Shown here: positions 36,027 to 45,164 of the stretch, one piece after another | Numbering within the stretch: position 1 is the stretch's first letter | How the letters are laid out: the number at the start of each line of letters is the position of its first letter | NCBI GenBank assembly: GCA_017507145.1 | Contig: JAFWBJ010000107.1 | Span: 3,712-67,711 of the forward strand | DNA from: Clostridia bacterium | GTDB taxonomy: Bacteria; Bacillota; Clostridia; Oscillospirales; CAG-272 | Reading direction: 5' to 3' | Length of the DNA stretch: 64,000 bases | Translations under genes and position numbers: made by a program | The notes under the pieces: model-generated | What the model was told of the DNA's origin: nothing | Database searches by the model: none | The model's input: the letters and a program-made list of their open reading frames with translations, nothing else

Positions 36027-37286
36027 TTATTTGATTTTTCTTGCTTCAAGGTAATAGCGCTTATCCTCGGCGTGGCCCATCGAGAAGGTTTTGCGGGGCA
36101 GAGCGCCGTCGAAGAGGACGGTGCGGAAGAGCTGATCCTTCTCCATGCCGTCGAAGAGGAAGCCGATGGCATTCGGCCGTCCGGCAAGCGTGCGCAGAGA
36201 ATTCTCGCCGTGGATGTAGTCAATCTCGGCATCGGGATGGGCTTGTGCATAGCGGTCAAGGAAGGTCTGCAGCGTGCCGACTGTCAGTTGCTGCTCGGCA
36301 TGGGGCAGCGCGACCGTGCGGCTGCCGTCCGCCCAGACAGCTTCCACCTGCTGTCCCTCAACACAGCCCTTCAGCGTGCCGGCATAAGCCTCAAGCTCAG
36401 CCAGCAGAGCGGCAGGATCAACGCCGAATACCACGCGGTAGATCGGCTCAAAGGCAAGCCCGCTGTCGTGCAGATTGACCACCTCACACAGGGCATAACG
36501 CGCCGGATGGTTCAGCGCCGCATCGCCCAGCGCAGCTTTGATCTCCTCATAAGATGCCTTGGCCGATGCCAGCGAGTGATTGCCGTCGCCGACCGCGAAG
36601 AGCAAGGGCGCGGTCTTGGCGCCGTATTTTTCCGCCATCGCTTCAGTCGTGCCCAGCGCCGCGAGCGCCGCCTGCACACCCGCCACAGCGTCAGCATCCA
36701 GCCAACGGCCCGAAACATGGCCGCCGCCCAGCATCAGATCGAAATCATACGCCGTATCCAGCGTATCGGCGCGCGCGGCGACCGGCTCAATGACGGTGCG
36801 TGCGGGGTCATCGATGAGCAGCATCACATGGGGCAGCTCAAGGGGAGCATCGCGGCGGATCGCCACACGGGGCGGGATGCGCGAAAGCACCGTTCCCTCG
36901 GTTGCCCGGATGGGCGTCTGCGCACCGCGGGTGTAGTCGTATGCTTCCAGATCGATCGCGCCGATGATGCCCAGCCGATGTGTGCCATCCGATTGCGTGC
37001 GGTCAAGGAAGAGAAGCTTGCCCGGATGGCAGACCAGCACATCGCGCAGCGCGTCGTGCATGGCGGCGTTGATGGCCGGAATGCGAGCCTCAGCTTCGCC
37101 CAGCCAAACCTCGGGCAGCGTCAGACGAAGCGTAGAGGGAGCATCGCCAACCTCCGCGATGACCTGAGCCCAGTATTCGGGCTCGCTGGTGAACTGATCG
37201 CAGGCCACAACCGCCCAGCGGCGGCCGTCGGTGCGGGTGAAATCGGGGAGCAGAATGTCAGCGGGAAAGAAGCAGGATTTCATCAT
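36027..37286 (-). CDS. DUF1015 domain-containing protein
   Basis: FFPADILLP...WAVVACDQFTS and overall length fit the DUF1015 family. The start may be the second ATG (37283). Confidence 0.7.
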   Translation of the reverse strand: MMKSCFFPADILLPDFTRTDGRRWAVVACDQFTSEPEYWAQVIAEVGDAPSTLRLTLPEVWLGEAEARIPAINAAMHDALRDVLVCHPGKLLFLDRTQSDGTHRLGIIGAIDLEAYDYTRGAQTPIRATEGTVLSRIPPRVAIRRDAPLELPHVMLLIDDPARTVIEPVAARADTLDTAYDFDLMLGGGHVSGRWLDADAVAGVQAALAALGTTEAMAEKYGAKTAPLLFAVGDGNHSLASAKASYEEIKAALGDAALNHPARYALCEVVNLHDSGLAFEPIYRVVFGVDPAALLAELEAYAGTLKGCVEGQQVEAVWADGSRTVALPHAEQQLTVGTLQTFLDRYAQAHPDAEIDYIHGENSLRTLAGRPNAIGFLFDGMEKDQLFRTVLFDGALPRKTFSMGHAEDKRYYLEARKIK

Positions 37287-37420
37287 ATATCCTTTCCAAA
37301 ATGATTTTTTTGCAGCAAAGCGGTTTGTCTGTGTATAAAACTATATCATAAAATGTCGTATTTTGCAAGATGCGGCATCACATTTATAAAAAAAGCAGGA
37401 TATTTTCGAAAAAAAAATGG

Positions 37421-37449
37421 TTGCAATCGCAACGATTGTGTGCTATAAT
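37421..37449 (+). promoter_or_regulatory. sigma-A-type promoter for the ABC exporter gene
   Basis: TTGCAA, 17 nt (ending TGTGC), TATAAT. The CAATCG-caa-CGATTG inverted repeat lies in the spacer. Confidence 0.55.
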
Positions 37450-37507
37450 AAGCATGAAAATTTGAAAATGGGAAAGGCTCCGCCGCGGCGGGGAAGGTAA
37501 ATGATGG

Positions 37508-39523
37508 ATGGGTCCGATCGGACGCAGAGATTTTCAGTATGAAAAAGTGCCCAAACCGACATCTGTGCGTGATATACCACGCTATCTGCGTGAACTGTTC
37601 GGCGGCTTTTTCGGCCGCATGCTCTATGTGTTCCGCCTGGTGTGGCAGGCCGCGCCATGGATTTTGTTTGTCAAAATGTTCATGGCCCTCTTCAACGGTA
37701 TTATGCCGCTGATCGGTTCGTATCTGTCCAAGGATGTCATCAACGGTCTTCAGTTGGCGTTGGAAACCCACCTCGGCGGAACGGCTCCCGATTTTCGCCC
37801 GATCATGTTCTCACTGGTCTGGTTCTTCACCTATCGCATTGCCAACCAGATTGTTACCCGGGTCAGCACGGCCATTACGACCATCTCGGGCGAGATGGTG
37901 GTCAATCACATCAAGGTGATGATCATGGAGAAAGCCAAGCAGCTTGACCTTGCCAGCTTTGATATGCCCGCCTTCTACGAGCGGCTGGAGAACGCCAACC
38001 GTGAGGCCGGCAACCGCCCCATTCAGGTGCTGACCGCAACTTTTGACATCATCAGCAACCTCGTCAGCGTCATCAGCTACATCATTGTCCTCGGCGCCGT
38101 CACGCCGCTTGCGCCCATTGCCATGATCCTGGTGGCCATCCCGTCGGCGATTGTCAATTTCATCTACCGCCGCAAGCATTACAGCTATATGCGCTTCCGC
38201 TCCAAGGAGCGCCGGCAGATGAACTATTTCTCGGGCCTGTTGGTCAACAAGGATGTCGTCAAGGAAATCCGTCTCCTTGACCTCTCGGATAACCTCATCG
38301 GGCGCTACAAAACAGTCTTCAGGCAGTATTTTTCCGGCCTGCGCCGGCTGATCCTCAGCGAGCACGCCTGGCATGTGCTGACCTCCGTTCTGCATGCCGT
38401 GGTGAACTGCGTCTTTTTCCTGCTCATCGCCTACCGGGTATTCGAGGGGACACTGATGATCGGCGACTATACCTTCTACACCGGCGCGCTGACCTCCATT
38501 TCGTCGGGGGTTGCTTCGCTGATTTCGATCAGCGCCACCATCTACGAGGGCACGCTGTTTATCGACAATCTCATCGCATTCATGAAGGAAGAGCAGACGG
38601 TGCTCCCGCGCCTCCCTGAGCCTGCCCGGATTGCGCACGGCATTCCCCATACCATTGAATTCCGCAACGTCAGTTTTCGTTATCCCGGTACCGAGCGGGA
38701 CGTGATCCGCAACCTCAACCTGACCATTGAAGCGGGAGAGACGGTGGTGATCGTCGGACTCAACGGCGCCGGCAAGACAACGCTGATCAAACTGCTCACC
38801 CGGCTCTACGACCCCACCGAGGGGGAGATCTATCTGGACGGCCGCGACCTGCGTGACTACGACGTCAAGGACCTCTATTCGGTCTTCGGCATCATTTTCC
38901 AGGATTACGGCCATTACGCGGTGACCGTTGCCGAGAACATCACCTTCGGCAATCTCCGGCGCGAGGCGGATGATGCGGCTGTGCGAGCTGCCGCCGAGCA
39001 GGCCGGAGCGGCGGAATACATCGAAGCGCTGCCCGATCAATACAATACCCCGCTGATGCGCATTTTCGAGCGAAACGGTACCGAGCTCTCCGGCGGTCAG
39101 TGGCAGAAACTGGCCATTGCCCGCGCCTTCTACGCCGATTCGGATATCCTCATCCTGGATGAGCCGACCGCCGCGCTTGACCCGATGGCTGAGCAGGAGA
39201 TTTTCAACCAGTTTGACACCCTGCGTCAGGGTAAGACCACAATTTTTGTCTCGCACCGACTCTCCAGCGCAACCTCCGCCTCCAAGGTGGTTGTGCTGGA
39301 ACACGGCCGCATCATCGAAGAGGGCAATCACTATGCGCTGATGCAGCAGCAGGGACGGTATTATGCCCTCTTCACCACGCAGGCAAGGCGATATGTGGAG
39401 GGCAGCGAGGATCGCCCGGCAGCCGAGCAAGATCAGGGCAGCCGCCATCCCGACCGACCGCCGCACCGCCCCGATGCTGTCCGCGCCGGCAGAAGGCGCG
39501 AATATGCCGATTTCGATGAATAA
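37508..39523 (+). CDS. ABC exporter, fused permease/ATP-binding protein
   Basis: Six-TM N-terminal domain. Walker A GLNGAGKTT, signature LSGGQWQK, Walker B ILILDEP. There is an unusual ~45-aa charged C-terminal tail. Confidence 0.85.
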   Translation: MGPIGRRDFQYEKVPKPTSVRDIPRYLRELFGGFFGRMLYVFRLVWQAAPWILFVKMFMALFNGIMPLIGSYLSKDVINGLQLALETHLGGTAPDFRPIMFSLVWFFTYRIANQIVTRVSTAITTISGEMVVNHIKVMIMEKAKQLDLASFDMPAFYERLENANREAGNRPIQVLTATFDIISNLVSVISYIIVLGAVTPLAPIAMILVAIPSAIVNFIYRRKHYSYMRFRSKERRQMNYFSGLLVNKDVVKEIRLLDLSDNLIGRYKTVFRQYFSGLRRLILSEHAWHVLTSVLHAVVNCVFFLLIAYRVFEGTLMIGDYTFYTGALTSISSGVASLISISATIYEGTLFIDNLIAFMKEEQTVLPRLPEPARIAHGIPHTIEFRNVSFRYPGTERDVIRNLNLTIEAGETVVIVGLNGAGKTTLIKLLTRLYDPTEGEIYLDGRDLRDYDVKDLYSVFGIIFQDYGHYAVTVAENITFGNLRREADDAAVRAAAEQAGAAEYIEALPDQYNTPLMRIFERNGTELSGGQWQKLAIARAFYADSDILILDEPTAALDPMAEQEIFNQFDTLRQGKTTIFVSHRLSSATSASKVVVLEHGRIIEEGNHYALMQQQGRYYALFTTQARRYVEGSEDRPAAEQDQGSRHPDRPPHRPDAVRAGRRREYADFDE

Positions 39524-39590
39524 ATATGCACAAAAACGCTTCTCCCCGGCGAGGATTGCTGTATGCAATCCCGAAATTGCCCGGCCCCTC

Positions 39591-39619
39591 TTGACAGATT
39601 TCGCGTTTTTTCATATAAT
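39591..39619 (+). promoter_or_regulatory. sigma-A-type promoter for aspartate kinase
   Basis: TTGACA, 17 nt, TATAAT, 112 nt upstream of the GTG start. Confidence 0.6.
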
Positions 39620-39653
39620 AATTAACATCAAAGGCCGGCGGGGCTCCCCGCTG

Positions 39654-39685
39654 TGCCGACCCGCCGCGCTGTCCGGCAGTTTTTT
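39654..39685 (+). terminator. leader terminator/attenuator hairpin upstream of aspartate kinase
   Basis: UGCCGAC (39654-60) pairs with GUCCGGCA (39671-78, one bulge), followed by G+UUUUUU (39679-85). It lies between the promoter and the start codon. Confidence 0.5.
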
Positions 39686-39730
39686 GGATGACAGCACAAT
39701 ATTTTATGCAGAAAAAAGGAGATTCCACCC

Positions 39731-41047
39731 GTGCAGGTTAAGGTAGTCAAATTCGGCGGCAGTTCGCTGGCCGATGCAGAACATTTCAGACAGGTTGCAT
39801 CCATTATCGGAGCAGATGAGTCGCGCCGTTATGTCGTTCCCTCCGCGCCCGGAAAGCGCTTCCCTGAGGACACTAAGGTCACCGACATGCTGTATACCTG
39901 TTACGAGATGGTGCGCCGCGGGGAGGATATCACCGACATCTTCGGTCAGATCCGCGCGCGGTATAACAGCATCATTGAAGAGCTGGGCATCGATTACTCG
40001 CTGGAGGATGAGCTGACCTTCGTGCGCGGTGCGCTGCTGCACAATTCCGGCCGTGACTATGCCGCCAGCCGCGGCGAGTATCTCAACGGCATCATCCTCG
40101 CCAAATATCTCGGCTTCGATTTCATCGATGCCGCAAATGTGATCTTCTTCCGCGATGACGGTACGTTTGACGCCGAGCATACCAATGCTATCCTCGGTGA
40201 GGTGCTCCGCCGCCATCCCCGTGCGGTCATTCCCGGCTTCTACGGCTCAATGCCCAACGGTACCATCAAGACCTTCTCTCGCGGAGGGTCCGATATTACC
40301 GGCTCGATCGTTGCCCGTGCTGCCGAGGCCGACCTCTACGAGAACTGGACCGACGTGTCGGGCTTTCTGATGGCGGATCCCCGTATTGTCGAAAATCCCC
40401 TGCCCATTGAAACCATCACCTACCGCGAGCTTCGTGAGTTGTCCTACATGGGCGCTACCGTTCTGCATGAGGATGCCATTTTCCCGGTTCGCTTTGCCGG
40501 AATCCCGATCAACATCCGCAACACCAACCGCCCCGATGACGCCGGCACCATGATCGTCGCGCAGACCGATAGCTATGATCCCGATCATGTCATCACCGGT
40601 ATCGCCGGCAAGAAGGGCTTCTCGGTTATCACCATCGAGAAGGATATGATGAACGCCGAGATCGGTTTTGGCCGCCGCGTGCTGGAAGTGCTGGAAGAGG
40701 AGAAGATCAGCTTCGAGCACCTGCCCTCCGGCATTGATACGATGAGCATCGTCATCAATACGCAGGAGATGGAGGAGCACCGTGACCGTCTCCTTGCCCA
40801 GATTTGTAAGAGCGTCAATCCCGACAGCATCTCGGTTGAAGATGGCCTGGCATTGATTGCCATCGTCGGACGCGGTATGGTCAAGGCAAAGGGTACAGCT
40901 GCCCGCGTCTTCCGCGCTGTTGCCGATGCTTCGGTCAATATCCGCATGATTGACCAGGGCTCGTGCGAGCTGAACATCATCATCGGTGTCGAAGCACACG
41001 ACTTTGAGAACGCCATGCGGGCCATCTATGCCGAGTTTGTGAAATAA
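39731..41047 (+). CDS. aspartate kinase
   Basis: GTG start 7 nt after AAAGGAG. VVKFGGSSLAD, SRGGSD, and C-terminal ACT repeats (ALIAIVGRGM). Confidence 0.9.
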   Translation: MQVKVVKFGGSSLADAEHFRQVASIIGADESRRYVVPSAPGKRFPEDTKVTDMLYTCYEMVRRGEDITDIFGQIRARYNSIIEELGIDYSLEDELTFVRGALLHNSGRDYAASRGEYLNGIILAKYLGFDFIDAANVIFFRDDGTFDAEHTNAILGEVLRRHPRAVIPGFYGSMPNGTIKTFSRGGSDITGSIVARAAEADLYENWTDVSGFLMADPRIVENPLPIETITYRELRELSYMGATVLHEDAIFPVRFAGIPINIRNTNRPDDAGTMIVAQTDSYDPDHVITGIAGKKGFSVITIEKDMMNAEIGFGRRVLEVLEEEKISFEHLPSGIDTMSIVINTQEMEEHRDRLLAQICKSVNPDSISVEDGLALIAIVGRGMVKAKGTAARVFRAVADASVNIRMIDQGSCELNIIIGVEAHDFENAMRAIYAEFVK

Positions 41048-41064
41048 TCGCCGACCATAACAGT

Positions 41065-41120
41065 GCCCCCGTCCATCAGCTGTCGCTGTGCGGACGGGGG
41101 CTTGATTTATTTGCTTTTTT
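41065..41120. terminator. terminator between convergent aspartate kinase and ICMT genes
   Basis: GCCCCCGTCC-16 nt-GGACGGGGGC followed by a T-rich tail (TTGATTTATTTGCTTTTTT). Confidence 0.7.
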
Positions 41121-41791
41121 CACCAGAAGAAGGGAATCAGCCGGTATTTGACCTTTTGCTGATACGCCCGGTATCCCGCAAGCTCGGCCGCGAGGAATTG
41201 CTCCTCATATTTGATGCGCCGGGCAATGATGAACGGGTATGCGAGGAAAATCAGAAAGGCATAGACCGAACCCAGCACCAGCGGCATCGCCAAAAACAGA
41301 AGAAGGGTCGCGCTGTACATCGGGTGTCGAACAATGCCGTATAGCCCGGTGTCGATCACGCGCTGATTCTCCTGCACCTCGATGGTGCGGCTGAGATAGG
41401 TGTTCTCTCTGAGCACCTCGGCATAGAGGAGATAGGCCGCGAGGAAGAGCGCCGCCGCGCCGATGATGGCCGGGCGGGGCAGGGTGTACCAATCGAACCG
41501 GCGGCCAAGCCCGGCCACAATGAAGCCGGCCATGAACATCAGCCCGCTCAGCTTCACCACAAGATCCTGCTCGCGCTGCTTCTCCTTTGCGTTGAGCCGG
41601 CTGGCCAGAAGCATGGGATTTTTGCACATCATGACCAGCCCCGCGGCGAACATCGGCACAAAGAGAATGGCCATCAGCAGCCAGCCCGCAAAGAAGTTCA
41701 GTGTGCCCGCCGGCAGGAAGATCAGCACCCCCACCAGCAGAACGCCGAGCAGAAATTTTGCCATGGCCTGCATGAATAATTTTGGGGTCAT
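41120..41791 (-). CDS. isoprenylcysteine carboxyl methyltransferase (ICMT)-family membrane methyltransferase
   Basis: Multi-TM protein. DTGLYGIVRHPMYSATLLLFLAMPLVLGS is the ICMT/PEMT-type motif. Confidence 0.7.
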   Translation of the reverse strand: MTPKLFMQAMAKFLLGVLLVGVLIFLPAGTLNFFAGWLLMAILFVPMFAAGLVMMCKNPMLLASRLNAKEKQREQDLVVKLSGLMFMAGFIVAGLGRRFDWYTLPRPAIIGAAALFLAAYLLYAEVLRENTYLSRTIEVQENQRVIDTGLYGIVRHPMYSATLLLFLAMPLVLGSVYAFLIFLAYPFIIARRIKYEEQFLAAELAGYRAYQQKVKYRLIPFFW

Positions 41792-41806
41792 GAAAATCCC
41801 CCTCTC

Positions 41807-41835
41807 TTTACAAAAACAGGATTTTGTGATACAAT
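41807..41835 (+). promoter_or_regulatory. sigma-A-type extended -10 promoter pointing antisense into the HIT gene
   Basis: TTTACA, 17 nt ending TGA, TACAAT. The next plus-strand gene starts at 42283, beyond the minus-strand HIT gene. Confidence 0.45.
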
Positions 41836-41871
41836 ATGAGGGTACGGCATCGTCGGCGTGCCCGAGCGGGT

Positions 41872-42210
41872 TTATGCCATCGATTCGGGCAGCTTCTTTC
41901 CGCCGAGCAGGTGGAAATGCATATGACGCACACTCTGACAGCCGTCCTCACCGATGTTGGTGATGATGCGGTAGCCGTTGGTCAGCCCCTCCGCTGCGGC
42001 AATCTTCGGAATGGCGGCAAAGATAGCGGCGACAGCTGCGCTGTTGTCGGCCGTGATCTCGTCAGCCGAGGCGATGTGTGCTTTGGGAACGACCAGCACA
42101 TGCACCGGCGCCTGCGGGTTGATATCGCGGAAGGCGTAAACAAGCTCGTCCTCGTAGACCTTGCCCGAGGGAATCTCACCGGCGATAATTTTGCAGAACA
42201 GACAGTCCAT
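41872..42210 (-). CDS. HIT-family (histidine triad) nucleotide-binding protein
   Basis: MDCLFCKIIAGEIP...RHMHFHLLGG. Only the 3' third of the 413-aa track ORF is coding. Confidence 0.85.
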   Translation of the reverse strand: MDCLFCKIIAGEIPSGKVYEDELVYAFRDINPQAPVHVLVVPKAHIASADEITADNSAAVAAIFAAIPKIAAAEGLTNGYRIITNIGEDGCQSVRHMHFHLLGGKKLPESMA

Positions 42211-42282
42211 AAACAGACCTCGCTTTCGTTTTTTTTTCATTTTACCATAAATTTTATCTAAAGTCAATTCGGAGTGTTGCGG

Positions 42283-43101
42283 ATGTACAAGATTTTTGAT
42301 ATTCATACTCACACCTATCCCGAGGCGATTGCTGAGCGCGCCGTCCAAGCCCTTGGCCGCTTCTATGATTTTGTGCCCGAAGGGAAGGGCACTTATGCCG
42401 AACTGGAGCAGCTTGGTCATACCGCTGAGGTCAGCGGCTTCCTGCTGTTTTCGGTTGCCACCAACGCCCACCAGGTGCCGAAGGTCAATGACAGCATCGC
42501 CGCGCTGGCTGCCCGCTCGCGTGAGCAGGGCTATGAGACGGTTGGCTTTGCCGGCATGCACCAGGACTATCCCGATTTTGACGGCGAGATCGCGCGTGCC
42601 CGGGCCATGGGCCTGCGCGGTGTGAAGCTTCACCCCGACATCCAGGGCATCGACATCGATGACCCCAAACTCCTCCCCCTCTATGCCATCCTGGAGCGAG
42701 AGGGCATGCCGGTCTATTTCCACATCGGCGACAACCGCCCGCAATATCCCCACTCCACCGTGCACAAGCTGCTGCACGTGCTCGATCGCTACCCCGATCT
42801 TGAGGTGGTGGCGGCCCATCTGGGCGGCTATCAGGCCTGGATGGATGCTCCCCTGCTGGCGCAGAATCCGCGCGTTTGGTTTGACACCTCGTCTGCGCTC
42901 TGGGCCATGACGCCCGCATATGCCGGTGAGCTGATCCATCGCCTCGGCACCGATCGGGTCATGTTCGGCACCGACTATCCCGTCAAGGTTTACGCGACCG
43001 AGCTTGCCCGTTTCTTTGCCATCGATCTGACCGAGGACGAGCGCCGCGCGATCCTCTATGACAATGCCGCCCGCTTCCTCGGGCTGGACAAGCTGAGCTG
43101 A
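42283..43101 (+). CDS. amidohydrolase-family (Amidohydro_2-like) metal-dependent hydrolase
   Basis: IFDIHTHTYP...GVKLHP...YFHIGD...HLGG...FGTDYP. The stop overlaps the recQ start (TGATG). Confidence 0.75.
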   Translation: MYKIFDIHTHTYPEAIAERAVQALGRFYDFVPEGKGTYAELEQLGHTAEVSGFLLFSVATNAHQVPKVNDSIAALAARSREQGYETVGFAGMHQDYPDFDGEIARARAMGLRGVKLHPDIQGIDIDDPKLLPLYAILEREGMPVYFHIGDNRPQYPHSTVHKLLHVLDRYPDLEVVAAHLGGYQAWMDAPLLAQNPRVWFDTSSALWAMTPAYAGELIHRLGTDRVMFGTDYPVKVYATELARFFAIDLTEDERRAILYDNAARFLGLDKLS

Positions 43102-44957
43102 TGCAGGACGCAAAACACGCCGTCCTGCGGGACGTGTTCGGCTATCATGCCTTTCGCGGCGGCCAGGAGAAACTGATCGATGCGGTGCTGGCCGGTCGCG
43201 ATGTGCTGGCCGTCATGCCGACAGGCGCGGGAAAGTCGCTTTGCTTCCAAGTCCCCGCGCTGATGTTCGAAGGCATTACGCTGGTCATCTCGCCGCTGAT
43301 CTCGCTGATGAAGGACCAGGTCGGCGCGCTGCGCCAGAACGGCGTCCGCGCCGCTTACATCAACAGCTCACTAACTCCCGCGCAGATCGATCGCGCGCTG
43401 GAGAACGCCCGATATGGCATGTATAAGCTCATCTACGTCGCTCCCGAACGCCTTCTGACCGATTCCTTCCTTGCCTTCGCTTCTGCGGTGAAGATCGATT
43501 TTCTCGCCGTTGATGAAGCTCACTGCGTCTCCCAGTGGGGCCAGGATTTCCGACCGGGCTATCTCGACATTGCCGAATTCGCCGCTCGTCTGCCCCGGCG
43601 GCCGGTCATCGGGGCCTATACCGCCACCGCGACAGCTGCCGTCCGCGAGGATATCCTGCATCTTTTGCATCTGCGCGATCCGTTTGCCTGTTCGACCGGC
43701 TTTGACCGACCGAATCTGCGCTTTGAGGTTATCCACGCCGCCGGGCGTGAGAAGACGGCCCGCCTGCACAGCTTGCTCGGCGAGATGCCAGGGCAGAGCG
43801 GCATCGTCTACTGCGCGACTCGCAAGAATGTGGAAGAGGTCTGCGACGCCCTGCGCGCCGCGCATATTCCTGCCACGCGCTATCACGCCGGCCTGGACGA
43901 AGCCGAGCGCCGGCAAAACCAGGACGATTTCCTCTATGACCGCGCACCCATCATGGTTGCCACCAATGCCTTCGGCATGGGGATCGACAAGTCCAATGTC
44001 TCCTTTGTCATCCATTACAATCTGCCCAAGGATATGGAGAGCTACTATCAGGAAGCCGGCCGCGCCGGCCGCGACGGCAGTGCCGCCCGCTGCGTTTTGC
44101 TCTATGCACCGGCCGACGTCCGGCTCAATCAGTTCCTCATCGAGCACAGCGAACCGAACGAAGACATTTCTCCCGCCACCCGTGCCATCCTGCGCGAACG
44201 GGAAGAGGAGCGCCTGCGTCAGATGACCTTCTATGCCACTACGCCTGACTGTCTGCGTGCCTTTATCCTCCGCTATTTCGGCGAGACGGCACCCGCGCGC
44301 TGCGATAACTGCGGGAACTGCCTCTTTGCCGGCGAAGAATGTGATGTTTCGGACGAGGCGCGCCTGATTCTGCGCTGTGTGGCTCAAACCGGCGAGCGCT
44401 ACGGCGTGGGGATGATCGTCAATCTTCTGCGCGGTGCCAAAGATACGCGCACAGCCCGGTTCGATTCGGCCGAGCTTCCCCTTCTGGGGGCACTGCACGA
44501 CACCGATGCTGCCCGCATCAGAGAGTTGATCTCCCTTCTGCTCAGCGGCGGCTTCCTTTCCCGCACCGAGGGGGAATATCCCATTCTGCAGCTTGGTGCG
44601 CGCGCCGACGAGGTGCTCTGCGGTAATCGCCGTATTGTGGCGCGCCTGCGCAGCCGGCCGGCCAAAAAGAAAGCGAAGCCCACAACGTCCGCTCCCACGC
44701 TGCCCTTCCATGAAGCAGGACCGCCCGATGCCGATCTCTATGAAGCCCTTCGCCGCCTGCGCAGCAAGCTGGCCGAGCGTGCGGGTATCCCGGCTTATGC
44801 GGTGCTGACCAATGCGACCTTGCTTGAACTTGCCGTTTACCGCCCGACCACACCCGATGCGCTTCTTGCCATCAACGGCATCGGCCGTGTGAAATACGAG
44901 CGCTGGGGAGAAGCCCTGCTTAGTCTGATCCGCGCACATGCTGACCGCGCGAATTGA
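43101..44957 (+). CDS. recQ: ATP-dependent DNA helicase RecQ
   Basis: MPTGAGKSLCFQ, VDEAHCVSQWGQDFRP, a Zn-binding CDNCGNC, then RQC and a C-terminal HRDC region. Confidence 0.9.
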   Translation: MQDAKHAVLRDVFGYHAFRGGQEKLIDAVLAGRDVLAVMPTGAGKSLCFQVPALMFEGITLVISPLISLMKDQVGALRQNGVRAAYINSSLTPAQIDRALENARYGMYKLIYVAPERLLTDSFLAFASAVKIDFLAVDEAHCVSQWGQDFRPGYLDIAEFAARLPRRPVIGAYTATATAAVREDILHLLHLRDPFACSTGFDRPNLRFEVIHAAGREKTARLHSLLGEMPGQSGIVYCATRKNVEEVCDALRAAHIPATRYHAGLDEAERRQNQDDFLYDRAPIMVATNAFGMGIDKSNVSFVIHYNLPKDMESYYQEAGRAGRDGSAARCVLLYAPADVRLNQFLIEHSEPNEDISPATRAILREREEERLRQMTFYATTPDCLRAFILRYFGETAPARCDNCGNCLFAGEECDVSDEARLILRCVAQTGERYGVGMIVNLLRGAKDTRTARFDSAELPLLGALHDTDAARIRELISLLLSGGFLSRTEGEYPILQLGARADEVLCGNRRIVARLRSRPAKKKAKPTTSAPTLPFHEAGPPDADLYEALRRLRSKLAERAGIPAYAVLTNATLLELAVYRPTTPDALLAINGIGRVKYERWGEALLSLIRAHADRAN

Positions 44958-45029
44958 CAAAGATGCTTTCCCGCGGAAATAAAGTTTTGTTAAGATGGCC
45001 GATTTTTCTCCGAAAATCACTGATTTCTC

Positions 45030-45058
45030 TTGCGCAAATCAGGAAAAAGGTGTATGAT
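45030..45058 (+). promoter_or_regulatory. candidate promoter for the PHP-metNIQ unit
   Basis: TTGCGC, 17 nt, TATGAT. The -10 lies inside the first copy of a 23-bp tandem repeat. Confidence 0.4.
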
Positions 45059-45087
45059 ATAAGTGGAAAAAGGTGTATGATATAAGT
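45042..45087. repeat. perfect 23-bp tandem duplication (GGAAAAAGGTGTATGATATAAGT x2)
   Basis: 45042-45064 and 45065-45087 are identical, read directly from the sequence. Confidence 0.95.
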
Positions 45088-45164
45088 TAAGATACGATTC
45101 GATGGCTAACTGTCGGAAAATATGAGAAAGAGAACCTTCGCACGGAAGGCGATGAGGAATTATC

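Noticed and set aside
39620-39730. I expected a lysine (L-box) riboswitch upstream of aspartate kinase.
   Set aside because: The leader is only ~110 nt with ~60 nt before the U tract. That is too short for the five-helix L-box, and no L-box conserved segments were seen. It is reported instead as an unclassified attenuator.
41851-41876. The string GGCGTGCCCGAGCGGGTTTATGCC resembles the acceptor/D-arm of a class II tRNA.
   Set aside because: No anticodon arm or GTTCGAAT T-loop follows, and the segment overlaps the 3' end of the HIT coding sequence.
41872-43113. 413-aa minus-strand ORF suggesting a large protein.
   Set aside because: Only the last 112 codons (HIT protein, ATG 42210 with its own promoter and RBS) are credible. 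The upstream 300 codons are antisense to the amidohydrolase gene.
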